Origin: a bacterium
GTDB lineage: Bacteria; SAR324; NAC60-12
Reading direction: 5' to 3'
Length of the DNA: 64,000 nucleotides
NCBI GenBank assembly: GCA_965205865.1
Contig: CBDBHR010000028.1
Span: 192,001-256,000, forward strand
In this document: one piece after another, positions 9,041 through 18,813 of the stretch
Layout of the letters: every line of letters begins with the position of its first letter
How positions within the stretch are numbered: the stretch's first letter is position 1
Position numbers and translations under genes: made by a program
Notes under the pieces: model-generated
Databases searched by the model: none
Seen by the model: the letters and a program-made list of their open reading frames with translations, nothing else
What the model was told of the DNA's origin: nothing

Positions 9041-10792
9041 CCCAAATTGAGCGATTCTAAAAAAGGATCAGATTTTCAAGATGATTTTTTTGCCTGAGAA
9101 AGGCAATCATTCTGAAATCAGATTTTGATCATCAAATCCATGGATGTTTGAGTGAGAATGAGCATCAAAATGCTGTTTTCAGATGTGGAAGGTCTTCATT
9201 TCTCATGTTTTGGACGCACTTATCCCCTTAAACTTTAATGTTTTTGTTTTTTAATTGAAGCGAAACCCGTTGATCAGATTGGCGCCAATGCGTGCTGGCA
9301 GGTGGCAAATAGTTGGTCCAATTGCAAGCGCTCAAAGGTCTTTTTTGGTATTTTCAAGATCAGTTTTCCGGCATGACGAAGCAGTTTGCCTGCCGTATCA
9401 AGAAACTGGCGCCGGAGGGTATCAGCATACATCGTTACCGTAATCACTGGCTTGCTGACATCTTCTTTGAAGGCTTCGAAGAGGTTATTGCCAAGCAGCA
9501 TCAGATAGTACCATGCGGTATTGGAAATGAAGTCCTTGAAGGGAAGTTGTTGATGACCAAAGTTTTTCAGCGCCCGGTTGGCCAGTTCATCCTTTCCCCG
9601 TCCGTGGTACGAGCCAAGGATGCTATGAGCATCGATGCGCTTTTCTTCAGCGGCTTGGCTGAGTTGGCCATCAATGGCCTTTCCCATACCAAGGTTCGTA
9701 ATGATCACGCCATCATGATCCAAACCCGGCAAAGAGAGTTGGCTATCGTGTTCAATCAAGCGGCTGTAGATCGTGCGACGAGCCTTCTTCCATGTCCCCT
9801 GCTGGCTCTTAAACTCGGTGTACTGCCAGATCTCCTTCTTGCCCGATGAAGTGAAGGTCTGCCAGTCAGTGGCTTCTTCCGCAGCATTCCTCACATTGGC
9901 ATAGGACTTTCCTCCGCTTCAGCTAACCGATGTTCAGTCGTTCACAGGTTTCAAAGATTTTTTCGTCAAAAAAACCGGTGTCCATGCGCACCATGATTGG
10001 TACATCATCTCGGTATTGGCGGCGAATCCTTTTCACGATATGAACCAGCATATTCTGAACAGTTTTCCCGTGATTCGAATGTTTGCTACCTCCGCGAAAA
10101 ACTGCGTCAACCATATAACGACCCCAATTCATCTGCAGGGGATGAAATCCTTTGACCATCTTGTAAGTCGGCTGGACACCATGGCGTTTCAGGGCATCAT
10201 CATTATCAAGTACCATCGAATCCAGACCCAACACAATCACCGTTGGACAAGTCTTCTTCAGTCTCCAGATAAACAGTATCTGCAGCAGATGACGAAACAG
10301 GTAGACTCGTACAAAAGAGAACTTTCCAAAAAATCTTTTCACGGCATGCGAGGAGGCAAGGTCTTGCTCACTGCATGACAGCAAGGCGGCATAACCCTCG
10401 CCCCTTTTGAGGTGATCGAACCAACTGAGATGACGGCTGCTGCCGTCCATGAAAAAACAGAGGATCTGCGCAAAAAAATCAGAGACAGCAATTCCTTTTT
10501 TATTTTTACGCATCGAAGCAAACATCCTTTCGATGATCGGCATCAGCCGAATGCTTTGCAGATACTGGGCAAACAAGGCCAATCCGGCACGACTTGTCAA
10601 GTGTTCATCGGTTGGCTGAATGGCATCAATTATCTGTTTCTTTTTATCCTGAACTGTTATATTTTTTCCCATAAAGCTCTCTACCTGTTGGGTTGTGTTA
10701 GATTTTGTGAATTTTTTTATTTTAACCACTGAAATATAACACATTTTTCCCAAGGTTGGGAGCTTTTTTTATTACGAATCGCTCAACTTAGG
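9041..10792 (-). mobile_element. IS1380-family insertion sequence, full length (1752 bp)
   Basis: 17-bp terminal inverted repeats CCCAAATTGAGCGATTC / GAATCGCTCAACTTAGG (15/17 match), flanked by 5-bp direct repeat TTAAA (9036-9040, 10793-10797). Confidence 0.9.
9274..10753 (-). pseudogene. IS1380 transposase, disrupted
   Basis: LTSRAGL, LGLDSMV, GFHPL, VRMDTGF, YHGRGKDE motifs; TAG at 9923-9925 plus a frame change before GGKSYANVRN. Confidence 0.85.
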
Positions 10793-10887
10793 TTAAAATG
10801 ATAGACTGCAAGGCCAAACGCATGATACCTTAAACTCGTCGACATAAGATTCTCCTATCAGTTTGGCTGTTATTTATACAGACGATT

Positions 10888-12936
10888 ATGTCGCAATTTC
10901 AATTCAAAGATACGCATTTTTCAGATGAACCAAAAGAAAGGAATCATCGCATGGAATGCGCTCAACAACTGCTCGCCGAGACATTCGGCTTCGACCAATT
11001 TCTGCCGGGACAAGCCGAGGTCATCGATCATCTGCTCAGCGGGCGTTCAACCCTGGCGATCTTTCCGACAGGCGGCGGAAAATCGCTCTGCTACCAGTTG
11101 CCCGCACTCACTTTCGACGGCGTGACAATCGTTATTTCGCCGCTGATTGCATTGATGAAAGATCAGATCGACTTCCTCAAAAGCCTTGGTGTTCCAGCCG
11201 AGCGACTCGATTCAACCCTGTCGGCCGATGAGGCAAGGTCTGTCACGTCAGCCCTGCGCTTAGGGGAATTGCGTCTGCTGTATGTGGCACCGGAGCGATT
11301 CAACAACGAACGCTTTTTGCAAGAAATTTTGCGCGCGCGGGTATCTTTGTTTGCTGTTGATGAGGCACACTGCATTTCGGAGTGGGGCAACAACTTTCGA
11401 CCGGATTACCTGAAACTCGCTCGTTTCGCGAAGGCATGCCGTGCTGAGCGGTTGTTTGCATTGACAGCGACAGCGACCCCCAGAGTGGCTGAAGATATCT
11501 GTAAGGGATTCGGCATCCCCGGTGAATGCGTGGTTCGCACCGGTTTTTACCGAAAGAACCTCACAGTATTGACGACCCCTATTACCGCTGCCAACCGGGA
11601 CAGGGCTTTGCTGGAAGGGCTGAAGGGGCATTCCGCGGGTCCCACGATCGTCTACGTCACGCTGCAAAAGACATCGGAGCAAGTGGCAGCGTATCTCGCC
11701 ACGGCGGGACTGCCGGCGCGAGCCTATCACGCGGGGATGAAGGATGAGCAACGGGCCGAAACGCAAGATTGGTTCATGGACTCAGACGACGGGGTTGTAG
11801 TGGCGACCATTGCTTTCGGCATGGGAATTGACAAGTCAAACATCCGCTACATCTACCACTACAATCTACCAAAGAGCCTTGAGAATTTCTCGCAGGAGAT
11901 TGGGCGCGCCGGACGGGATGGCGAGACTTCGATTTGTGAGATGTTTGTCTGCCTTGATGACGTTTGCGTACTTGAAAATTTTGCCTGCGGGGACACCCCG
12001 AGTCGAAACGTAATCCGGGGTTTAGTCGAGGAGGTTTTTTCCAATGCTGGCCAGTTCGATCTCAGTCTTTATGAATCGTCAGCGCGTTACGATATTCGTC
12101 AATCAGTGGTACGGACTTTGTTAGCGCAAATGGAAATCAATGGTTATCTTCAGGAGCTGACCCCATTTTACAGCCGCTACCAATTTCAGCCACTTGCCTC
12201 GTCTTCTGAAATTTTATCGAAGTTTGAAGGTGAACGTCGCCAATTCCTGACGGCAGTGTTCAAACAGGTCCGGAAAGCCAAAAATTGGTTTCACATCGAT
12301 ATGGACAAAGCGGCGAAAACGATTGATTGTTCCAGAGGGCGAATCGTGCGGGCGTTGGACTACCTCGCCGAGCAGGGTCTGTTGGAAGTGAGAGCCGAAG
12401 GGGTTCGCAACCGCTTTTCAATCCTACGACGTCCCGGTGACCCTTGCTCGACTCCGCAAGGGCAGACTTTGGACCGGCTGACCGATTCGCTGTACCAAAA
12501 AGCGCTCGAACTCGAGGCGCGCGAAATCGGACGGATTGGACAAGTTATCGAGTTAGGGTCGCACGACGGGTGTCAGGTGGCGCGTCTGGCAGCCCACTTC
12601 GGAGAAAGACTTCCTCGTCCCTGTGGACATTGCTCCTGGTGTTTGAATGGTCAGCAACCTGCAACACTGCCGGCGGTGGAATCGACAACAATCAACGAAA
12701 GAATTTGGAGGCAGATCCTCGATCTGTGGCATGGGCAGGTTGAACCGGTAAAAGACGCCCGCGCGTTGGCTCGGTTTGCCTGTGGCATTATCTCCCCGCG
12801 ATTGACGCGAACGCGGTTGTCGAGAGATCGGCTTTTTGGCGCTCTCGCCCACATCCGGTTTGGGAAGGTCCATAAACGCGCTCAAACGGTAGAACACGAT
12901 CAGAGTTTGTTTCCTCCGAAAAAAAGATCATCTTGA
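10888..12936 (+). CDS. recQ: RecQ-family ATP-dependent DNA helicase
   Basis: PTGGGKSLCYQLP, VDEAHCISEWG, VATIAFGMGIDK, QEIGRAGRDG, Zn-site CGHCSWC; no evident HRDC domain. Confidence 0.92.
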   Translation: MSQFQFKDTHFSDEPKERNHRMECAQQLLAETFGFDQFLPGQAEVIDHLLSGRSTLAIFPTGGGKSLCYQLPALTFDGVTIVISPLIALMKDQIDFLKSLGVPAERLDSTLSADEARSVTSALRLGELRLLYVAPERFNNERFLQEILRARVSLFAVDEAHCISEWGNNFRPDYLKLARFAKACRAERLFALTATATPRVAEDICKGFGIPGECVVRTGFYRKNLTVLTTPITAANRDRALLEGLKGHSAGPTIVYVTLQKTSEQVAAYLATAGLPARAYHAGMKDEQRAETQDWFMDSDDGVVVATIAFGMGIDKSNIRYIYHYNLPKSLENFSQEIGRAGRDGETSICEMFVCLDDVCVLENFACGDTPSRNVIRGLVEEVFSNAGQFDLSLYESSARYDIRQSVVRTLLAQMEINGYLQELTPFYSRYQFQPLASSSEILSKFEGERRQFLTAVFKQVRKAKNWFHIDMDKAAKTIDCSRGRIVRALDYLAEQGLLEVRAEGVRNRFSILRRPGDPCSTPQGQTLDRLTDSLYQKALELEAREIGRIGQVIELGSHDGCQVARLAAHFGERLPRPCGHCSWCLNGQQPATLPAVESTTINERIWRQILDLWHGQVEPVKDARALARFACGIISPRLTRTRLSRDRLFGALAHIRFGKVHKRAQTVEHDQSLFPPKKRSS

Positions 12937-13195
12937 AAATCCGCTTCTTTTCCTGAATCGTTCAATTCAGGCTATATTGAGGCTTGATTTGAACTATCCG
13001 CGATTTGGGGACAGTTGAAAAACTCGTGATTTCATGCGAGTTTTGTCAGGATTTATTTTTACTGTTTTTCCAAAGACTCGAGCGGAAACCTGCGGCACTT
13101 ATTGTCGCATCGCTTTTAATTCTAGATCATTCAATCCCGATAATATATTATTGCGACATATCTCAAACAGGTTCTTATACAAAAAAGGGGGTTAT

Positions 13196-13726
13196 ATGGG
13201 AAATTTAAACAAAGTCATGCTCATTGGACGTTTAGGCAAAGATCCGGAAATCCGCTACACACAGAGTGGCAGTGCGGTGGCTAATTTTTCTCTCGCAACC
13301 GATGAATACTGGAACGATTCACAGGGACAACGCCAGCAAAAGACCGAGTGGCACTATATAGTGGCTTGGAACAAGCAGGCGGATTTGGCGCAAAACTACC
13401 TGAAACAAGGAAGTCAGGTTTACCTGGAAGGGAAGTTACAAACGAGCAGTTGGGATGACGCGCAAACCGGCCAAAAACGCTACCGCACCGAAGTGGTGGT
13501 GAGAACCCTGCAATTTTTAGACAGCCGCCCCGCCGATGGGGGGGGAGGGGATTATGCAAGACAACCGCAAACGCAGCCCGCTTCGCAGCAAAACTCATCG
13601 AATGCCGCTCCCAGGTCAGCTGATGCCAGCGCTGTTTCGGAATCGCCCAATCCTCAGAATCCCGGTCCATCCTCCCAAGAAACTCCGCCTGTCGATTCTT
13701 ACATCGAGGATGATATCCCGTTTTGA
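13196..13726 (+). CDS. ssb: Single-stranded DNA-binding protein
   Basis: NKVMLIGRLGKDPEIRYT...TEWH and acidic tail DDIPF; start moved to ATG 13196. Confidence 0.97.
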   Translation: MGNLNKVMLIGRLGKDPEIRYTQSGSAVANFSLATDEYWNDSQGQRQQKTEWHYIVAWNKQADLAQNYLKQGSQVYLEGKLQTSSWDDAQTGQKRYRTEVVVRTLQFLDSRPADGGGGDYARQPQTQPASQQNSSNAAPRSADASAVSESPNPQNPGPSSQETPPVDSYIEDDIPF

Positions 13727-13932
13727 CCAATAATCTTTCCGTCGTTTGCCGGCGCAATGCAAATTTGGACGATTGGCGTCCTTGGGGACCGCGAACCGGT
13801 CGAACCGGCATTCCTACGAAAAGCGTGGGCATGATCCTGAAATCCTGAAGCTTACGTGGGAATGTTTTATATTTTGTGATTGAATGAAGACTGCGAAAGT
13901 GGACTCATTCCCTAGAAGTTTTTAAATCCCAT

Positions 13933-14910
13933 TTGACTATTACCATGCATCAATCCGGTATCTTTCAGGAAAACACAAGCCACCACGTCTTTTTGGAGTT
14001 CGGCTTTCGAGACGAGTCGTCTCGCGTACCGGGCTGCGCTTTGGCGGCTGAACCTGTCGAAGGAGGCGTGCAGGTCATCGCCTTCGGGCAGAAACTGATC
14101 CCCGCTTTGACGGGTCTGAGCAAACCGCCGGGTCTGTGCGAATTCACAGCTATCGATGGTCCCGACGGGGTTTCGGCGCCGGCGACTCAGCAGGATTTAT
14201 TCGTCTGGTTGCATGGCCGGAAACGTGATGAGTTGTTTGCGCGCGCCCTGCAATGGCGCGATACCCTGACCCCGGTTGCTGATCTCACCTTCGAAAATCA
14301 CGGATTTCGATTCCGCGACAGCCGCGACCTGACGGGCTTCGTGGACGGGACTGAGAACCCCAAGGATGACGCTCGCATGGCCGTAGCGCTGGTCAGTAAC
14401 GGAGTGCGCACCGGCGGCAGCTTTGTTCTGGCACAACGATGGGTGCATAACCTCTCCCATTTCAACACCTTGTCGGTTGGCGAGCAGGAACGGGTGATCG
14501 GACGCACCAAACCCGACAGTGTGGAGTTGACGGGTGACGCCATGCCAGAGGACAGTCACGTCAGTCGAACGGATTTGGAACGCGATGGAAAAGCAATCAA
14601 AATCTACAGAAGGAGTTCCCCGGTAGGAGGAGTACGAGACGCCGGATTGTATTTCCTCGCCTTCAGTGCCGACGTCACGACCGCTTGCTGAGCTATTCCC
14701 AACCCATCACCGGCAGCTTCTTCTATGCTCCCCCAAAAAAAGCGCTGCTCGCATCCTTCCACGATTGATGATGGAACAAACCACGATATTTGTTGACTTC
14801 GGTCTCTGGTTACTCGAGTCGATGTTCGGATTTTCGGATGATGGCCGTCACGACCGCTTGCTAAGCTATTCCCAACCCATCACCGGCAGCTTCTTCTACG
14901 CGCCACCGAG
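13933..14910 (+). pseudogene. Dyp-type peroxidase interrupted near its 3' end
   Basis: GFVDGTEN, IGRTK, SHV, IYRRS motifs; native C-terminus (LLESMFG..DGRHDRLL.YSQPITGSFFYAP) is in another frame after a 120-bp duplication. Confidence 0.82.
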
Positions 14911-14969
14911 AAAAAAACGCGCTGCTCGCATCCTTCCACGATTGATGATGGAACAAACCACGATATTTG
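14673..14969. repeat. ~120-bp near-tandem direct repeat (14673-14792 and 14846-14969)
   Basis: Both copies read CGTCACGACCGCTTGCT...ACCACGATATTTG with a few differences. Confidence 0.92.
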
Positions 14970-15094
14970 ACCTGCTGGAGAAAGAGTTCTTCCGGCGTGA
15001 ATATGGCACCGAGCACTGAACTCGGAGCGCGGCGGCTATGGTCCATCGCGCCAAAGAAGTTGATCTCAACTGGCCGACCAACTCAACGGCGTTT

Positions 15095-15559
15095 CAATCC
15101 ATGGTGGGAAGCTTAGCTTGTCGCTATGCGGGACAGACTCCCGCAACGGCCACCCTGGCGGAAGAGGTCCGTTTGACGCTGATGCGAATATCGGTTCCCA
15201 ACGTGTTTCGAGCTACCTGAAATTCCTCGCGATACGCTTTTGTTACGCCTGATGGAAATTCGTCTGAAGCGCAAGCGAGGCAGCCCAAAACTTTGTCTGG
15301 TGGATCATGGTCTCCCCAAAGAGGCACCGACCAGGAAGTAGACTTTGTATTGACAATCGGGAGTGCGCGTATACCGGTGGAGATCAAATACCAGAAACGC
15401 ATTGATCGATTCAGAGACACCTTGGGCATACGTTCGTTCCTGGAAAAATCCATCAACAACGCGCCATTTGGAATTCTCGTTACTCAAGATGATTCGGGAA
15501 TAGTAGACGATCCGCGTATCGTCAGTTTACCGTTATCGACCTTTATGATGCTCCGATGA
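15095..15559 (+). pseudogene. Fragments of an AAA_14/DUF4143-type ATP-binding protein
   Basis: LACRYAGQTP fragment and C-terminal EVDFVL....IPVEIKY PD-(D/E)xK-like motif, with no N-terminal ATPase domain. Confidence 0.65.
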
Positions 15560-15575
15560 AAGGGTCCACCGCCTT

Positions 15576-17309
15576 TCACGAACGTGGCATGGAATCGAGT
15601 GCGCAATTCAATTTTTTCAGTTCTTCTTTCTTTACCTTTCCTGTGGTGGTTAAGGGAAATTCGTCGATGAAGCGAATTTGCGGGACTTTGTAGGTGGCCA
15701 TATTCTCCCTACACCACTGTTGTAACGTTTCTGCCGGCAGTGATCGAGACCCGGGCTTCAATTTGATAAAAGCGACTGGGACTTCCCCTTTCGCAGGGTC
15801 TGGTTTGCCCACGACCGTACACTGGTGAATCGCCGGATGGTGGCCGAGTATGATTTCAATTTCTGAAGGAAAGACGCTCATGCCTCGCACTTTGAGCATT
15901 TCCTTGCGACGTCCCAGAAAATGTAAAAATCCGTCTTCATCCAACATCCCGATATCTCCGGTGGCGAGCCAACCATCACGGAGCAGGGTCTTCGTGGCTT
16001 CCGGTTTCTTCCAGTATGATTTGAGCAGGGAAGGGGTTTTGATAAAAATTTCGCCTTCGGAACCCATGGGGACCAATTTTCGGGTTTCAAAATCGAGAAT
16101 TTTCAGCAGGGTCCCGGGCACAGGCAAGCCACAAAAAGTTGGTATTGTTTTGAGATCCCGGTCATCTTGATGAAGCGCTGTAGTAAAAGTATCGCATGTG
16201 TGGGTTTCCGTCATTCCATAAGCGGACTCTCGCAGGATGAGCCCCGTCAACGCTTGCCATTTTTGACGATAGTCGACATTCAACTTTTTGATAAAGGAAC
16301 TGGTGGTGGTGGTGCGAAGAGACGAGAGATCGAATTGAGGCAAGTCCGGATGTTCCATCAGTTCCACTAAATTGTCCAGCACGCCTCCGAAACTCGTCAC
16401 TTTATACTTTTCAATTGCCGTTAAAACAGCCAGAGGATCCCATCTTGAAAGAAGCACATAGGTCTCTCCCGTAAAAACGGGAAGGAGGAGTCCAAGCTGT
16501 CCCGCAATCCAAAAGGAGGGAAGGTAGATCAATCCGACAAAATGGAAGTCACTGTCCATTGAGCGGTTATAGGTTGTCATGGTCGCCATGGTGTAAATCA
16601 TATCACGCTGGGTATGCTCGCACCCTTTTGGCATGCCTGTGGTACCCCCGGTATAGTTGAGGGAGGCAAGATCATCAGCACTCACTGCCGGATTTGGATA
16701 GTGCGGGTATTGTTTTTGGAAGACCGCCAATAGATCTGTCGTCCCGGGACACTCCACGGGAGAGAGAGCGAGGAGGCTGGGATGCGGAGGAATGGTGGGA
16801 TGCTCCGGCAAAAAATCCGCATAGCGGGTGACCACGATTTCTCGCACCTTCGTCTCATTTCGTACTTCTTCCACCAGAGGGACGAGCTGATCCAGCGTCA
16901 CTATCAGTTCAGCCTCCGAGTCCTGAAGTTCATAAAGGAGTTCGTGTTTCTTGAACATCGGATTGACGGGCACATGCGCGCAACCCCGTTTCAAAATTCC
17001 ATAAAATACGATATGGAACTGGGGACAAGTGGGCAGAAACACAGCCACACGATCCCCTTTCCGTAAACCTTTCGACGATAAAAAAGCTGCAAATCGGTTG
17101 CTGCAATCATCCAATTCCTTGAAGGTGATTTCCCGTCCATAGTAGATAAGACAAGGTTTATCAGGACGCAGTGCCGCCCACCTTTGCAGGTATTCAGTGA
17201 TGAGAATTTCTCCGAATGGATATTCAGGGTCCTTGCGTAAATGATCAGGCCAGTTTTTTTGCCATAATTCCTGCAAGTGATCCAAGTATGTCTGTTCGTC
17301 CATAAACAT
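15576..17309 (-). CDS. Long-chain acyl-CoA synthetase (AMP-binding)
   Basis: YTGGTTGMPKG, YGMTET, GWLATGDIG, PLTTTGKV motifs. Confidence 0.93.
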   Translation of the reverse strand: MFMDEQTYLDHLQELWQKNWPDHLRKDPEYPFGEILITEYLQRWAALRPDKPCLIYYGREITFKELDDCSNRFAAFLSSKGLRKGDRVAVFLPTCPQFHIVFYGILKRGCAHVPVNPMFKKHELLYELQDSEAELIVTLDQLVPLVEEVRNETKVREIVVTRYADFLPEHPTIPPHPSLLALSPVECPGTTDLLAVFQKQYPHYPNPAVSADDLASLNYTGGTTGMPKGCEHTQRDMIYTMATMTTYNRSMDSDFHFVGLIYLPSFWIAGQLGLLLPVFTGETYVLLSRWDPLAVLTAIEKYKVTSFGGVLDNLVELMEHPDLPQFDLSSLRTTTTSSFIKKLNVDYRQKWQALTGLILRESAYGMTETHTCDTFTTALHQDDRDLKTIPTFCGLPVPGTLLKILDFETRKLVPMGSEGEIFIKTPSLLKSYWKKPEATKTLLRDGWLATGDIGMLDEDGFLHFLGRRKEMLKVRGMSVFPSEIEIILGHHPAIHQCTVVGKPDPAKGEVPVAFIKLKPGSRSLPAETLQQWCRENMATYKVPQIRFIDEFPLTTTGKVKKEELKKLNCALDSMPRS

Positions 17310-17314
17310 GTCCT

Positions 17315-18574
17315 TTACAATAATTCTGATTCTTTCATGGTATCGTCGCTGCGCCGGACTGTATCCGCATCGTTTTCGGCAACAGTGCCATCTCTCAGAA
17401 GTTCCTCGATTTCAGACGAACCATAGCCGGCTTGTGCGAGCACTTCACGGGTCTGTTCGCCAAGCAACGGCGGAACATGGCGGATACCAACGGATTTTGA
17501 ACGGCTGAACTTGATAGGCGAAGCCATACCTTCATACCAACCTTCGCTCACCCGCATTTGGCGATGAGCGGTATGGGGGTGATCCAAGGCTTCCTTCATA
17601 TCGCGCACCGGACCGGCAGGCAACCCGGCGGCAAGCAGTTTTTCAGCAAATACGGCCCCATCGACGTCGGCCAATACTTCTGCGAGCTTATTGTTCAAGG
17701 CATCCCGGTTCTTTACGCGGTCTGCGTTCGTCAGAAAACGCGGGTCCGACGCCAGCTCGGACAAACCCAATGCCCGGCAGAGCCGGGCAAAACCCGCATC
17801 ATTGCCGATTCCCAGGAAAATCTCATTGGTTCGGGTTTTGAACTTGTCATAGGGCGAGATATTAGGATGTGAATTGCCCACTGCTTTGCCGGGTTTTCCT
17901 GATAAGAAATAGTTGGCATTGTACGGGTGGGTGAGGGCCAATGCGCTGTCGTAAAGCGTCATGTCGATGAACTGCCCTTTACCGGACCGTTGCCGTTCCA
18001 GCAACGCCATCAGAATGCCGACCACGCTGTAGAGCCCGGTCCCCATATCAACCATCGGAGCGCCCATACGCACCGTCCCGCTTTCGGCCATGCCGTTGAT
18101 CGACATCATACCTGTCATGGCCTGCAAGATCGCATCATAACCCGGGGCTCCTCCGAGTGGACCATCCGCGCCGAAGCCGGAGATGCGACAATGGATCAAT
18201 TCCGGAAATTTTTCCTGCAGAGTCCGCTGATAGCCCAGACCCCATTTTTCCATCGTACCCGTCTTGAAATTTTCTATAAGAACATCCGTATCCTGCAAGA
18301 GCCGCAGGACGATTGAGCGACCCGCATTGTGACGTAAATCAATCACAATCGATTTCTTGTTGCGGTTCACGTTTAAAAAATAGGAAGCCATACCACGCCT
18401 GAAAGGCGGGCCCCATCCCCGCGTTTCATCACCCGTTTCAGCTTCGATCTTGATGACCTCCGCCCCGTGGTCGGCCAGGATCTGCGTGGCATACGGTCCG
18501 CCCAACACCCGGGTCATGTCCAAAATTTTCAAGTTCTCCAACGCGTGCGTTGCTTTGTCATAGTCTTCATTCAT
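17315..18574 (-). CDS. CaiB/BaiF family III CoA transferase
   Basis: LGGPYATQILADHGAEVIKIE, NRNKKSI, SGFGADGP...PGYD motifs. Confidence 0.95.
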   Translation of the reverse strand: MNEDYDKATHALENLKILDMTRVLGGPYATQILADHGAEVIKIEAETGDETRGWGPPFRRGMASYFLNVNRNKKSIVIDLRHNAGRSIVLRLLQDTDVLIENFKTGTMEKWGLGYQRTLQEKFPELIHCRISGFGADGPLGGAPGYDAILQAMTGMMSINGMAESGTVRMGAPMVDMGTGLYSVVGILMALLERQRSGKGQFIDMTLYDSALALTHPYNANYFLSGKPGKAVGNSHPNISPYDKFKTRTNEIFLGIGNDAGFARLCRALGLSELASDPRFLTNADRVKNRDALNNKLAEVLADVDGAVFAEKLLAAGLPAGPVRDMKEALDHPHTAHRQMRVSEGWYEGMASPIKFSRSKSVGIRHVPPLLGEQTREVLAQAGYGSSEIEELLRDGTVAENDADTVRRSDDTMKESELL

Positions 18575-18813
18575 GGTTATCCATCTCCATTTTCGATATA
18601 GACAGGGAGTTCAATGCTCTGATACTCTGGCGTTCCGGGGGAGATGAACTCACCCCCGACCCTGACAGGAGGGGACTCTTGGTTTCCTACTCCGATAATC
18701 CGGCGTTCCGCTGTAAAATTACAATGGAATTGACAATATTTCCCTCCGCAATGAAACACATTGGCTCAAAGTTGCCAATCTGTTTTTCCACAAAACTCGA
18801 AAAGCAGCAAGTT

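Noticed and set aside
9895-9930. Programmed frameshift in the IS1380 transposase
   Set aside because: No slippery run at the junction, an in-frame stop is present, and IS1380 transposases are single ORFs.
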